Below, in pieces: positions 9,369 to 19,138 of a stretch of 64,000 nucleotides of DNA (its first letter is position 1; the number at the start of each line of letters is the position of its first letter). This DNA is from Spirochaetia bacterium (lineage in GTDB: Bacteria; Spirochaetota; Spirochaetia; SZUA-6; Bin103). The notes beneath the pieces are model-generated. The model had not been told where the DNA came from, searched no databases, and saw only the letters and a program-made list of their open reading frames with translations. The stretch spans positions 3,808,001 to 3,872,000 of the forward strand of contig CBDBDQ010000005.1 in NCBI GenBank assembly GCA_965203905.1, read 5' to 3'. The translations under genes and the position numbers were made by a program.

Positions 9369-10244
9369 TTGGCGGTACTGCTGAACGAGTCGAGTCGGAT
9401 TCTGATTCAGGGATTCGGGCGCGCCGGCCAGCTCCAGGCGCGCATCAGCCGCGCCTATGGGACCGCGGTAGTGGCGGGAGTCACGCCGGGCCGCGGCGGC
9501 CAGCGGCTGGAGGATACGCCGGTGTACGACACGGTGCGTGCCGCGGTTGCCGAGCAGGGGGCCAACGTGTCGGTTATCTTCGTGCCCGCCCCGCACGCTG
9601 CCGACGCCATGCTGGAGGCCGCCGACGCCGGCGTGCCCGTGGTGATCTGCATCACCGAGTTCGTCCCCACCCGCGACATGGTGCGGGTCAAGCGCTACCT
9701 GCGCGGCTCGGCTACGCGCCTGGTCGGCCCCAACTGTCCCGGCGTGATCGCCCCCGCGTTCCGTGCCCGCGCCGGCATCATGCCGCCCGCCGTGTACCGG
9801 CCTGGGGAAGTCGGCGTGATCTCGCGCTCCGGGACCCTGGTATACGAGGCCGTGGACCAGCTCACCCGGCTCGGAATCGGGCAGTCGGGCAGCGTGGGGG
9901 TGGGGGGCGACCCGGTGATCGGGACCTCGCAGCGCGAGGCGCTGGAGCTGTTCGAAGCCGATCCGGCGACGCGCGCGGTGGTGCTGATCGGTGAGATCGG
10001 CGGTACCGCGGAGCAGGAGGCGGCCGAGTACATCGCGCAGATGAGCAAGCCGGTGGTGGCCTTCATCGCCGGCGCCAGCGCGCCGCCGGGCCGCCGCATG
10101 GGCCACGCCGGCGCGATTATCGCGGGCGCCGCCGGCACCGCCCGTGCCAAGCAGGCGGCATTGCGGGCGGCCGGTGCCGTGGTGGTCGAGTCGCCGGCGG
10201 CGATCGGGGCCACGATGCGCGATGTCCGGTCCCGGCGGGTCTGA
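9369..10244 (+). CDS. sucD: Succinyl-CoA synthetase alpha subunit
   Basis: [30 protein letters not shown] (phospho-His). Confidence 0.95.
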   Translation: MAVLLNESSRILIQGFGRAGQLQARISRAYGTAVVAGVTPGRGGQRLEDTPVYDTVRAAVAEQGANVSVIFVPAPHAADAMLEAADAGVPVVICITEFVPTRDMVRVKRYLRGSATRLVGPNCPGVIAPAFRARAGIMPPAVYRPGEVGVISRSGTLVYEAVDQLTRLGIGQSGSVGVGGDPVIGTSQREALELFEADPATRAVVLIGEIGGTAEQEAAEYIAQMSKPVVAFIAGASAPPGRRMGHAGAIIAGAAGTARAKQAALRAAGAVVVESPAAIGATMRDVRSRRV

Positions 10245-10280
10245 CCGTCGGTCCGGGCGCGGGCGCGAAGGAGGAGCAGG

Positions 10281-10727
10281 ATGAGGAGAATGGCGGCAGT
10301 GGCGGCGGTGCTGCTGGCCACGGTTGCCGCCGGCGCCGTGGCCCAGGTGGCGGACCTCGCGGCGCAGCAGGCGACCGAGGTGGTCGGAGCGCGCAAGGCG
10401 ATCATGGGCGCCATCGGGGTCCAGAGCGGTCTGCTGCGCAGCGCGGTGCGGGACGGTGATCTGGCGGCCGCCAGGACGGCGGCGGCTACGCTGGCGGCCC
10501 TGGCCGGGGCCCTGCCACCCCTCTACGCCCGCGAGCACGCGGAGGCGTATCCGGTGGCCGGCTCACGCTACCGCTACGCCGGCGGCGATGTCGAGCGGCT
10601 GGTGGCGCAGATCGCCGCGCTGCACGCCGCCGCGCGGGCGGCCGCCCAAGCTTCCAGTACGGCGGCCATCGACGTGCGCGCGGTCACGGCAACCTGCAGC
10701 CGCTGCCACCGCAGCTTCCGGCGTTAG
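10281..10727 (+). CDS. Class II cytochrome c (c'/c556-like), exported
   Basis: Signal peptide, RKAIM near the mature N-terminus, a single C-terminal CSRCH heme motif, Ala-rich helices; GGAGGAG RBS. Confidence 0.8.
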   Translation: MRRMAAVAAVLLATVAAGAVAQVADLAAQQATEVVGARKAIMGAIGVQSGLLRSAVRDGDLAAARTAAATLAALAGALPPLYAREHAEAYPVAGSRYRYAGGDVERLVAQIAALHAAARAAAQASSTAAIDVRAVTATCSRCHRSFRR

Positions 10728-10813
10728 GAGGCTGTCGGACTGCGACGCGCTGGGGCGCGGCAGTGGGGTTTCGTCCCACTCGACCCGGCGCACGGTGGCG
10801 CCGACAAGAAGAT

Positions 10814-11164
10814 ATGGGCCTGCTGTCACGGGCCGACCAGGCACAACACGACGCCGCGCCGCCGCCAGAACCCGACCCCAAGCCGGCGCCGCGCGCTACC
10901 GACGCGAGCGCGGACCAGCCGCCGCGGAGTCGCACCGCGCAACGGGCGCCGGCGCAGCCGCGGGCCGCGGGTCCCGCGCGCGCAGCGGCGCCCGCTCCGG
11001 GGCAGGTGTGTCCGGTCGTCCGGCGCCCGGTCTGCTACTATGGCGACTGCCACCATTGGAGTGGCGACCGCTGTGGCCATCCCGATGCGGCCGGCAACCC
11101 GCGAGCGCGCCGTTCATCCGCGCGCCGCGCGGCGTCCAGGACAGCCACGGGCGCGGGCGCGTAG
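10814..11164 (+). CDS. Small hypothetical protein, Pro/Ala-rich with a Cys/His cluster
   Basis: ATG 10814 (MGLLSRA...), motif CPVVRRPVCYYGDCHHWSGDRCGH; fills the gap between co-directional genes. Confidence 0.5.
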   Translation: MGLLSRADQAQHDAAPPPEPDPKPAPRATDASADQPPRSRTAQRAPAQPRAAGPARAAAPAPGQVCPVVRRPVCYYGDCHHWSGDRCGHPDAAGNPRARRSSARRAASRTATGAGA

Positions 11165-11221
11165 GCTCGCCGCGGTACACTCACAAACAGGAGCTGATTG
11201 GCGCCCCGGAGGCCTACCACC

Positions 11222-12037
11222 ATGGCTGAATCTCCCATCAACAAGGCATACGAGAACCTGTCGTTTCTGCGCAGCCGGGATGCCCGCATCCTGCGCATCC
11301 TCTCCGAGTTTCTGGAGCCGCAGGCGCGCCTGCGGCGGCGCCGCATTCGCAGCGCCATCGTGTTCTTCGGATCCAGCAGCACCCCGTCCCTGGCTGAAGC
11401 GGAAGAGCGCTACGGCGCCATTGCCTCCGGCCGCCGGCCCGGAGTCTCCAGTGCCGACATGCGGCGGGCGCAGCGTCAGGTCCGTCTCGCCTCCTACTAC
11501 GAAGACGCCCGCCTGCTGGCCCGCAAGGTAACCTCCTGGGCCCGGGAGTCGGGTGCCGAGGGCGAGTTGGTGGTGTGTTCCGGCGGCGGCCCGGGCATGA
11601 TGGAGGCCGCCAACCGCGGCGCTACCGAGGCCGGCGGTCAGAGCGTCGGCCTGACCATCAGCCTGCCGCACGAACCGCGGCCCAACCGCTACATCAGCCC
11701 CGGGCTGGCGGTGGAGTTCCACTACTTCTTCATGCGCAAGTTCTGGTTCATGTACCTGGCCCGCGCGCTGGTGGTGTTCCCCGGCGGCTACGGCACCATG
11801 GACGAGCTGTTCGAGGTGCTGACGCTGCTGCAGACGCGCAAGGTGCAGCGCCCGGTGGAAGTGATCGTCTACGGGCGCGAGTACTGGGACGAGGTGGTGA
11901 ACTTCGACAAGCTGGTGGAGTGGGGCACCATCAGCGCCGACGACCGCGCGCTGATCCACCTGGTGGACGACGTCGACGAGGCGTTCATGATTCTTACGCG
12001 CACCATTACTGCACCCAAGGCCGGCAAGAGCGGCTGA
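11222..12037 (+). CDS. LOG family protein (TIGR00730-like)
   Basis: FFGS, SGGGPGMMEAANRGA, FFMRK, FPGGYGTMDELFE. Confidence 0.92.
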   Translation: MAESPINKAYENLSFLRSRDARILRILSEFLEPQARLRRRRIRSAIVFFGSSSTPSLAEAEERYGAIASGRRPGVSSADMRRAQRQVRLASYYEDARLLARKVTSWARESGAEGELVVCSGGGPGMMEAANRGATEAGGQSVGLTISLPHEPRPNRYISPGLAVEFHYFFMRKFWFMYLARALVVFPGGYGTMDELFEVLTLLQTRKVQRPVEVIVYGREYWDEVVNFDKLVEWGTISADDRALIHLVDDVDEAFMILTRTITAPKAGKSG

Positions 12038-12073
12038 GTCGTACCAGCCGCTCTCGCTTCTTCGGGTGGCGGC

Positions 12074-13273
12074 TCAGCCCTGGTAGACCCGGGTCTCGGG
12101 CCGGAACGCCGCCCACGAGAACCAGAAGTGGTTGATGCTCACCACCGGGTTCAGCTTGCTGCCCTGCAGGGTCCCGGCGGTCGCTTCCCCGAGCAGATTC
12201 CACGTGCTGGAGGTCTGGCGGTCGCGGATCATCTCTCCCTGCCACTCGAAGTCCAGGACGCGCCCGTCCAGCTCGCGGCTGAAGGCGGCACCGGTGCCGA
12301 CGTCGCGGCCGGCGGCGATGATGCCGGAGTCGAGCGCCGAGGCGGTGCCCGGCTGCCAGAACACGGTGATCGGCTGCCCGGAGACGGTATCGTCGATGAC
12401 GAAACTCGTTGCCAGCTCGTCGTACGGATAGGCCACCGCCTCCTCCACCAGATCCACGGTCAATACCCGCGCCATCGGCAGCAGGGTGTCCGGCGTGCGC
12501 GGCCCCTGGTACAGGAACGGCCTGCTGTTCACGTTGTCGTAGCCGGCGTACGGATTGCGGCCGTAGGCACGGCTGAACCCGGTGTCGCGGGACAGCACCT
12601 CGGCGTCCGGGTAATTGCTGCGGAACTCGTCCCAACTGATGATGTTGGCCGGATAGAACTCGAGCTGGCTGCCCGCGTATTGGCCGGCGATCCCGTGGCC
12701 GGTGGCCTGCTGCCACCAGGTCTCGGTCTGGCGGTCGTACATGATCAGGTTGCTGTAGCGCAGCCGCCCGGTGGTGCCGAAGTCGAGGACCTGGCCGTCG
12801 AACTCGCGCTTGAAGCCGATGGCGGTGTTGCACAGCGGGCAGAAGGTGATGGAGACGGGCACCCCGCCCACCTCGTCGTTGACGATCTCGTGCCACGTAA
12901 GCACCTGCAGCGGGTAGGCCTTGGCTGTCTCGCCCACCTCCACCAGCACTACCGGCTCCTGCTCTCCGAGCCACTCGGCGGCTTCCTCCACCGTGACGAA
13001 GCGGGGGTTGTCGATGGCCGGGATGCCATCCTTGGGCGGGCCTCCGGACAGCACTTCCCCGTAGGATACGGTATGGCGGCTGAAGTCGGTGCGGAACTGC
13101 TGGATTGCGCCGCGCGGCGGCGGCTCCGACTCCAGCAGCGCCGGCGCCTCGGCGGCGGTCCCCGGCTTCGGATTGGCGACCACCAGCGTTACGCCGCCGG
13201 CCAGCAGCGCCACGAGGAGCAGCGCCACCACCAAGCGCAGTGGCGATCGTGATCTGACGTTCTTGATACTCAC
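12074..13273 (-). CDS. DUF3179 domain protein, exported
   Basis: GGPPKDGIPAID, KAYP, WHEIVND, TFCPLC, SNLIMYDRQT, FWFSWAAF; N-terminal signal/TM segment. Confidence 0.85.
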   Translation of the reverse strand: MSIKNVRSRSPLRLVVALLLVALLAGGVTLVVANPKPGTAAEAPALLESEPPPRGAIQQFRTDFSRHTVSYGEVLSGGPPKDGIPAIDNPRFVTVEEAAEWLGEQEPVVLVEVGETAKAYPLQVLTWHEIVNDEVGGVPVSITFCPLCNTAIGFKREFDGQVLDFGTTGRLRYSNLIMYDRQTETWWQQATGHGIAGQYAGSQLEFYPANIISWDEFRSNYPDAEVLSRDTGFSRAYGRNPYAGYDNVNSRPFLYQGPRTPDTLLPMARVLTVDLVEEAVAYPYDELATSFVIDDTVSGQPITVFWQPGTASALDSGIIAAGRDVGTGAAFSRELDGRVLDFEWQGEMIRDRQTSSTWNLLGEATAGTLQGSKLNPVVSINHFWFSWAAFRPETRVYQG

Positions 13274-13392
13274 GCCCCTCAGACGGTCCCGGGCCGGCCG
13301 ATCTTACCGGGGGTGAATGAGGTGTGGCCGGTACGCTACCATCAACGGTTGACTTGGGGATGGTCGCGCTGAAATATTTGTCCTACCTGCGA

Positions 13393-13464
<72 letters not shown>

Positions 13465-13480
13465 TACCGCCCGCCTGTCG

Positions 13481-13840
13481 ATGACGCCATCGAGCTACAT
13501 CCGGCTCGCGTTTCCGGCGCTCGCCGCGGTGCTGAGTTGCGCCGCCGCCGGAGCGCAGCCGGGTGCCGTGCGCGTCGGCGTCGAGTTCGGCAACCCCACC
13601 GTGGCGCTGATCGTGCGTCCGCATCCCCTGGACCTGCGCGTCGGGTACGACTTCGTGCGCCCCCGTGAACTCCTGTTCGTCAGCGCCGACTACCGGCTTG
13701 TAGATCGCTGTCCTCTGGCCGGCTCCCTCGGCCTGTTCGTGGAGGCGGTGCCGATATTGGAGGTATACCCCGATCTGGCGTTCAACCCCGCCGTTATGCA
13801 GGGTTACGCGGGGCTCACGGTTCGGCTTCCCGAACGGTAG
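13481..13840 (+). CDS. Small exported hypothetical protein with alternating beta-strand pattern
   Basis: Signal-peptide-like N-terminus, VGVEFGNPT, ends YAGLTVRL. Confidence 0.55.
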   Translation: MTPSSYIRLAFPALAAVLSCAAAGAQPGAVRVGVEFGNPTVALIVRPHPLDLRVGYDFVRPRELLFVSADYRLVDRCPLAGSLGLFVEAVPILEVYPDLAFNPAVMQGYAGLTVRLPER

Positions 13841-13893
13841 CCGGCGCGGGACAGGCGATGAGAAGGCACGATCACTCCGCGACAAGGAACACG

Positions 13894-15378
13894 ATGAGAG
13901 CCGGCGCACCGGGATCGTCCGCCGGCGGGCGTTTTCGGATCAGAGGACGCCACATTCACCTGGTAGGGGCGAAGGGCACCGGGATGGCGGCGCTGGCGGA
14001 GATCCTGGCCGCACGCGGTGCGGTGCTGAGCGGTTCGGACGTGGCCGACCAGTTCCAGACGCAGGAGATTCTCGACCGGCTGGGGCTGCATCCGAGCGTG
14101 GGTTTCGCCGCCGCCGACCTGCCCCCGGAAACCGGCTGGGTGATCCATTCGGCAGCGTACGACCGGCGCGAGAATCCGCAGCTGCTGGCGGCGGCGGAGC
14201 GCGGAATCCCGCTCTCCAGCTACCCCGAGGCACTCGGGGAACTGTCCCGCTCGGCAAACTCGGTCGCGATCTCCGGGGTCCACGGCAAGACCACCACCAC
14301 GGCGCTGTGCGGGTTGCTGGTGGCGGCCCTGGAGCTCCCGGCCACCGTGCTGACCGCCACGGGCGTGCCGAACTTCGGCGGCGGCTCCACCCTGCTGCGC
14401 GGCTCCCGCTACCTGGTCGCAGAGACCTGCGAGTATCGCAACCACTTCGCCCACTTCCAGGCCCGGCACCTGGTGATCACCACCGTGGAGTTGGAGCACG
14501 TCGATGCGTTCCCGACCCACGCCGCGGTGGCGGCGGCCTTCAGCGGACTGGCGCACTCGCTGCCGGCGGGTGGCAATCTGATCTACTGTGCCGACGACCG
14601 TGGCGCGGCCGCGGTGGCGCTGGCGGTGGCCCGACGGCGACCGGACCTGCGGCTGCGCCCCTACGGCGAGCGCGCGGCCGGCCCGCTGCGGATCGGCGAG
14701 GTGAGCCTAACCGCCGGTGCGACCCGGTTTCGGCTGGACTGCCTCCGCGAGCGCGTCACGCTGCACGTGGCCGGGCGCCACAACGTGGCCAACGCCGCGG
14801 CGGCGGTGGCGGTGGCGGACGTGCTGCTGGCCGCGGAGGGCCGCCGGCTGGACCAGCCGGCGCAGGCGGCGGTGGTGCGGGCCCTGGGCGCCTACCGCGG
14901 CGGCAAGCGCCGCACCGAGGTGATCGGCGAGCTGCGCGGAATCCTGGTCATGGACGACTACGCCCATCATCCGACCGAGCTGAGCACGACGCTCGCCGGC
15001 CTGCGCGCGTTCTACCCGGAACGCCGGATCGTGGTGGATTTCATGAGCCACACGGTTTCGCGGACGCTGGCGCTGCTGGCCGACTTCGGCACTTCGTTCG
15101 CGGCAGCGGATGAGGTACTGCTGCACCCGGTCTACGCCTCCGCCCGGGAAGCGCCCGCCGGGGACGGCGAGCGGATCGGGCGCGCCCTGTTCCGGGAGGT
15201 GGCGCGGCATCATCCGCGGGTCCGCTACTGCGACACGCTGGCCACCGCCGCCACCTACCTGGCCGCCAGCCTCGGCGCCGGCGACCTGCTGGTCACCATG
15301 GGAGCGGGGGACAACTGGCGCGTCGGTCACGACGTCCTGAAGCGGCTGCCGCGAACCGGCGGCGGGAGCGTGGCATGA
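13894..15378 (+). CDS. murC: UDP-N-acetylmuramate--L-alanine ligase
   Basis: HLVGAKGTGMAALA, GVHGKTTT, ETCEY, GKRRTE, DDYAHHPTE, MGAGD. Confidence 0.93.
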   Translation: MRAGAPGSSAGGRFRIRGRHIHLVGAKGTGMAALAEILAARGAVLSGSDVADQFQTQEILDRLGLHPSVGFAAADLPPETGWVIHSAAYDRRENPQLLAAAERGIPLSSYPEALGELSRSANSVAISGVHGKTTTTALCGLLVAALELPATVLTATGVPNFGGGSTLLRGSRYLVAETCEYRNHFAHFQARHLVITTVELEHVDAFPTHAAVAAAFSGLAHSLPAGGNLIYCADDRGAAAVALAVARRRPDLRLRPYGERAAGPLRIGEVSLTAGATRFRLDCLRERVTLHVAGRHNVANAAAAVAVADVLLAAEGRRLDQPAQAAVVRALGAYRGGKRRTEVIGELRGILVMDDYAHHPTELSTTLAGLRAFYPERRIVVDFMSHTVSRTLALLADFGTSFAAADEVLLHPVYASAREAPAGDGERIGRALFREVARHHPRVRYCDTLATAATYLAASLGAGDLLVTMGAGDNWRVGHDVLKRLPRTGGGSVA

Positions 15379-16235
15379 GGAGCATGACCGGCTTCGGGCG
15401 TGCCGAGCACGTTACGCCGCGCTGGCGCATCAGCGTGGAGATCAGGTCCTACAACAGCCGCTACCTGGAGCTGCAGCTCAATGTTCCCACCGGCTTCGCG
15501 GAACTGGAGGCTCGCCTGCGTGCAGCGGTCGGCGAGCGAGTGGCGCGGGGGCGTGTCGAGCTGTCGCTGTCGCTGCTGGACCTGACCGACGCCGTGCAGG
15601 TGAAGGTCGATAGCGCCGCCGCCGGCGCCTACCTCACCGCCTTGCGCGAGCTGGCGGCGCTGGTAGACAGCGGTCCGGTTACTCTGAGCCACCTGTTGGC
15701 GGCCGGTGGCTTCCTGGGCGAGCAGCGCGAGCACCGGGTGGAGGAGGCGTGGACCGAATGCCGGTTTCCCCTGGAGCAGGCGCTGGCGCAGCTCGAGGCC
15801 GCGCGCATCCGCGACGGCACGGTGACCGCCAGGGACGTGGCCCGGCTGCTGGCGACGATCGAGGAGGAGGTCGGCATCATCGAGGCCGAGGCCCCCGAGG
15901 CGGCGCAGCGCATGCACGCCACCATGGCGGCGCGGGTACGCGAGCTGCTCGCCGAGTCCGTGGACGAGGGGCGCCTGGTTGCAGCGCTGGCCGCGGTCCT
16001 GGCCAAGGCCGACATCAACGAAGAGCTGGTGCGGCTGCGCGGGCACCTTGCCGCCTTTCAGCACGCCCTCGGCGCCGGCGAGCGGGCCAAGAAGCTGGAG
16101 TTCATCGGCCAGGAGATGATGCGCGAGGTCAATACGATCGCCGCCAAGGGGACCGCCTATGCCATGAGTGCCGCCGCGGTGCGGGCCAAGGCAGCCATCG
16201 AGCGTATTCGAGAGCACCTGCGGAACGTCGAGTAA
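15375..16235 (+). CDS. yicC: YicC/YloC family endoribonuclease
   Basis: MRSMTGFG, RSYNSRYLE, DINEELVRL, EMMREVNTI, IREHLRNVE. Confidence 0.93.
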   Translation: MRSMTGFGRAEHVTPRWRISVEIRSYNSRYLELQLNVPTGFAELEARLRAAVGERVARGRVELSLSLLDLTDAVQVKVDSAAAGAYLTALRELAALVDSGPVTLSHLLAAGGFLGEQREHRVEEAWTECRFPLEQALAQLEAARIRDGTVTARDVARLLATIEEEVGIIEAEAPEAAQRMHATMAARVRELLAESVDEGRLVAALAAVLAKADINEELVRLRGHLAAFQHALGAGERAKKLEFIGQEMMREVNTIAAKGTAYAMSAAAVRAKAAIERIREHLRNVE

Positions 16236-16744
16236 TGCGCATCGCGGTCTCCGGCAAGAGCGGGTGCGGGAATTCCACCGTGTCGCGGTTGGTGGCACGG
16301 CGGCTCGGCCTGCGGCTGATCAACTTTACCTTCAGGGAGTTGGCGCGGGAGTACGGGGTCGGCTTCGCCGAGTTGCACCGGCGGGCGGGTGCCGACCATT
16401 CCATCGACCGTACCCTGGACCGGCGCCAGTTGGCCGCGGCGGCGGCGGGGGACTGCGTGCTCGGATCGCGGCTCGCCATCTGGCTGCTTACGGACGCGGA
16501 TCTGAAGGTGTACCTGGCGGGGACGCCGGAGGTGCGGGCGCGGCGCATCGCAGACCGCGAAGGCGTTCCGTACGCGACGGCGCTGGCGGCCATGAACCAG
16601 CGTGACACCCTGGACCGCGGGCGCTACCTCGCCCTGTACGACATCGACATCAACGACTACCGGCACGCCGACCTGGTGCTGGACACCGCGGCGCTGGATC
16701 AGTTTCAGGTGGCGGCGGCCATCGTCGGGGCCGCCGAACGCTGA
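16235..16744 (+). CDS. cmk: Cytidylate kinase (short type)
   Basis: ATG overlaps the yicC stop; IAVSGKSGCGNSTVS, NFTFR, GSRLAIW. Confidence 0.88.
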   Translation: MRIAVSGKSGCGNSTVSRLVARRLGLRLINFTFRELAREYGVGFAELHRRAGADHSIDRTLDRRQLAAAAAGDCVLGSRLAIWLLTDADLKVYLAGTPEVRARRIADREGVPYATALAAMNQRDTLDRGRYLALYDIDINDYRHADLVLDTAALDQFQVAAAIVGAAER

Positions 16745-16777
16745 ACCGGCGCCTGCCGGCGCCGCGCCGCGCGGAGG

Positions 16778-17743
16778 TCAGGATGCGGCAGACTGCTTGC
16801 CGTGCTGCGGCAGGTTCTTTCGGCACCAGGCGACCTGCCGCTCGAGGCCGTCGACCAGCGCCGTTCGCGGGGCGTATCCAAGCAGCTCCCTGGCCTTCTC
16901 GATGCGCGCCCGGGTCTCGACCTGGTCGCCCGGACGCGGCGGCACGATACGGAGCCGGGCCCGTGTGCCGACGATCCGCTCCACGGTATCGATCACCTCA
17001 CCGGTCGTTCGTTCGGTATCCGAGCCGATGTTGAACACCTCGCCGACGCCGCTGCTGCGCCGTGCCAGTACGCTCACCAGCCCGGCAACCGCGTCTCCGA
17101 CGTAGGTAAAGGAACGCCGGTGTTCCCGACTCCCCTCGTGAAGGGGGAACTCCTGCTCGCCGAGCAGGCTCGTGATCAGCTTGCTGAACAACTTGTCCGG
17201 ACGCTCTCGGGGGCCGTACACGGAGTAGAGTCGCATGGCACAGACCGGGAGTCTGCCCTCCCGCCAGTAGGCCAGCGCGAGCTGCTCGGCGGCGAGCTTG
17301 GTGACCCCGTAGTAGGAGGTCGGCTCCGGCGCGGCCGTCTCCGGAGAGGTGGCCCGCTTGCCGTACACCGAGGAGGTGGACGCGTAGACGAAGAGCGGGG
17401 GCTGCCGCCAACTGCTGCATGTTTCCAGCAGCGCGTGAGTGGCCACGATATTGTTGCGTACGTAGACCGGCATCCCGACCGCGGCCGAGATACCGGGCTG
17501 TGCCGCCAGGTGAAACACCGCCGCGGTCTCCGGCAGCACGCGCGGCAACTCTTCGGCAGCGAGATCGCAGGGAATGATCCTGACTCCTGTCTCGCACAGC
17601 TCCGCGGCTGTCCGCCGCTTCAGCCGGGCCGGGTAGTAGTCGTCGAAACAGTCGACGCCCACCACTTCGTGGCCGTCCGCGCCCAGCGTCTCGCAGAGGT
17701 GGGAGCCTACGAACCCGGCCGCACCGGTAACAAGCACCTTCAA
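16778..17743 (-). CDS. NAD-dependent nucleotide-sugar epimerase (UDP-glucuronate 4-epimerase-like)
   Basis: TGAAGFVG, HLAAQPG, STSSVYG, YGVTK, VYGPRERPD; TTG 17743 with GAGGAG RBS. Confidence 0.9.
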   Translation of the reverse strand: MKVLVTGAAGFVGSHLCETLGADGHEVVGVDCFDDYYPARLKRRTAAELCETGVRIIPCDLAAEELPRVLPETAAVFHLAAQPGISAAVGMPVYVRNNIVATHALLETCSSWRQPPLFVYASTSSVYGKRATSPETAAPEPTSYYGVTKLAAEQLALAYWREGRLPVCAMRLYSVYGPRERPDKLFSKLITSLLGEQEFPLHEGSREHRRSFTYVGDAVAGLVSVLARRSSGVGEVFNIGSDTERTTGEVIDTVERIVGTRARLRIVPPRPGDQVETRARIEKARELLGYAPRTALVDGLERQVAWCRKNLPQHGKQSAAS

Positions 17744-17801
17744 CGTCGTATCTCCTCGCTTACGATATACAGACCGGGCCGAATCAAGTATATTGCACGG
17801 C

Positions 17802-17993
17802 GTGATTCTTCCGCTCTCACTGCTGCTTGGAAACGTCGACAACCGGTACGAACTGTCGGCCGCCGCCATCCGCCGCTCGCACCAGCTTACCATCACCGGC
17901 GATGAAGACGTGGATGCCAACAAGGGCAAGGTAGTCTCCGCCTCCATCAAGCAGATCCTCACCAAGAAGGTGAAGTACCAGATCGAACGGTAG
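17802..17993 (+). CDS. rpoZ: RNA polymerase omega subunit (spirochaete-like)
   Basis: MILPL...NRYELSAAAIRRSHQL...KVVSASIKQIL. Confidence 0.8.
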   Translation: MILPLSLLLGNVDNRYELSAAAIRRSHQLTITGDEDVDANKGKVVSASIKQILTKKVKYQIER

Positions 17994-17997
17994 CGGC

Positions 17998-18930
17998 TTG
18001 GCGCCGGATCCGGCTCGACCTCCGGTCGTGCTGCTGTTGGGCGCGACCGCGGTGGGCAAGTCCGCGCTGTTGGAGCAGTTGGTGCCGCTCCTGGCGGGTT
18101 GTCGCGCCGAGGTGATAAACGCGGACTCGCGCCAAGTTTATCGTCACATGGACATCGGTACCGCGAAGCCGTCGCTGCACCTGCGCCGGTCGTTGCCGCA
18201 TCACCTGGTCGACGTGGTTGATCCGGACGTGCAGTTCACCGCCGGCGGTTTCGTGCGCAATGCCGATCGGCTGGTGCGGCAGATCCGTGACCGTGGCGGG
18301 ACGCCGCTGGTTGCCGGTGGCGCGGCGTTCTACCTGTGGTCGTTCCTGCACGGCCTGTCGGCGGCGCCGCCGGCAGACACGGCGCTGCGCACGGAGCTGC
18401 AGGAGCGGGCCCGGAAGGACGGAACGGCGGCCCTGCACCGGGAGTTGGCGCTGCACGATCCGACCACTGCGGGCCGGCTTCCCGTCGCCGATACCAACCG
18501 CATCGTGCGTGCCCTGGAGGTGCACCGGCTTACCGGGCAGCCACTGTCGTCGTTCCGCAGTCCCGCGGCCGCACGCCGCGACTGCCGGGTGCTCACCGTC
18601 GGGCTGCAGCGCGAGCGGGCGGAGCTGTATGCCCGCATCGACCGGCGCGTGGAGCAGATGTTCGCCGTCGGGCTGGACGCCGAGGTGGCGGCGCTGCGCG
18701 CCCGCGGCTATCACGCCGACACCCCCGGAATGCGCAGCATCGGCTACGCCGAATTCTTCCGCGACCTCTCGCCGCCGGCACGCCGCGACTTGATACAGCG
18801 CAACAGCCGGCGCTTCGCCAAGCGGCAGCTCACCTTTTTCCGGCGCTTCCCCGCCGTCCTCTGGTTCCCGGCCGCCGATGTGGACGGCGTGGGAGCCGCC
18901 CTGCAGCGCTTCTTTCTTGCGCCGAATTGA
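17998..18930 (+). CDS. miaA: tRNA dimethylallyltransferase
   Basis: GATAVGKS, ADSRQVY, DIGTAKP, SIGYAE, FAKRQLTFF. Confidence 0.95.
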   Translation: MAPDPARPPVVLLLGATAVGKSALLEQLVPLLAGCRAEVINADSRQVYRHMDIGTAKPSLHLRRSLPHHLVDVVDPDVQFTAGGFVRNADRLVRQIRDRGGTPLVAGGAAFYLWSFLHGLSAAPPADTALRTELQERARKDGTAALHRELALHDPTTAGRLPVADTNRIVRALEVHRLTGQPLSSFRSPAAARRDCRVLTVGLQRERAELYARIDRRVEQMFAVGLDAEVAALRARGYHADTPGMRSIGYAEFFRDLSPPARRDLIQRNSRRFAKRQLTFFRRFPAVLWFPAADVDGVGAALQRFFLAPN

Positions 18931-18976
18931 TCCGCGGCGCCGTCGCGGACCGAGAAGAGCGGAAAGCGCGGTCGGC

Positions 18977-19008
18977 TTGACAGCGCGCAGCGGATGCGCG
19001 ATAGTAAT
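18977..19008 (+). promoter_or_regulatory. Putative sigma70 promoter for bS22-folP
   Basis: Perfect TTGACA (18977-18982), then GATAGTAAT starting 17 nt downstream. Confidence 0.55.
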
Positions 19009-19138
19009 GTCCGCGCAGCGAACCGCTCGGTAGCCCGTGACGGCGCGGCGCGGGTCGTGGTTCCCGCGGCCGCAATAATTCGTTACGACAGATCGTTACG
19101 AAGATTCGTCACGACAAGTCCTTGGGAGTATCTGGTCA

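Noticed and set aside
12074-13273. Selenocysteine in the DUF3179 protein
   Set aside because: The motif is CPLC with ordinary Cys codons and there is no in-frame TGA.
19080-19114. Mini CRISPR array
   Set aside because: 9-bp units with 4-bp spacers are far too short; no cas genes or CRISPR-like arrays were seen in the window.
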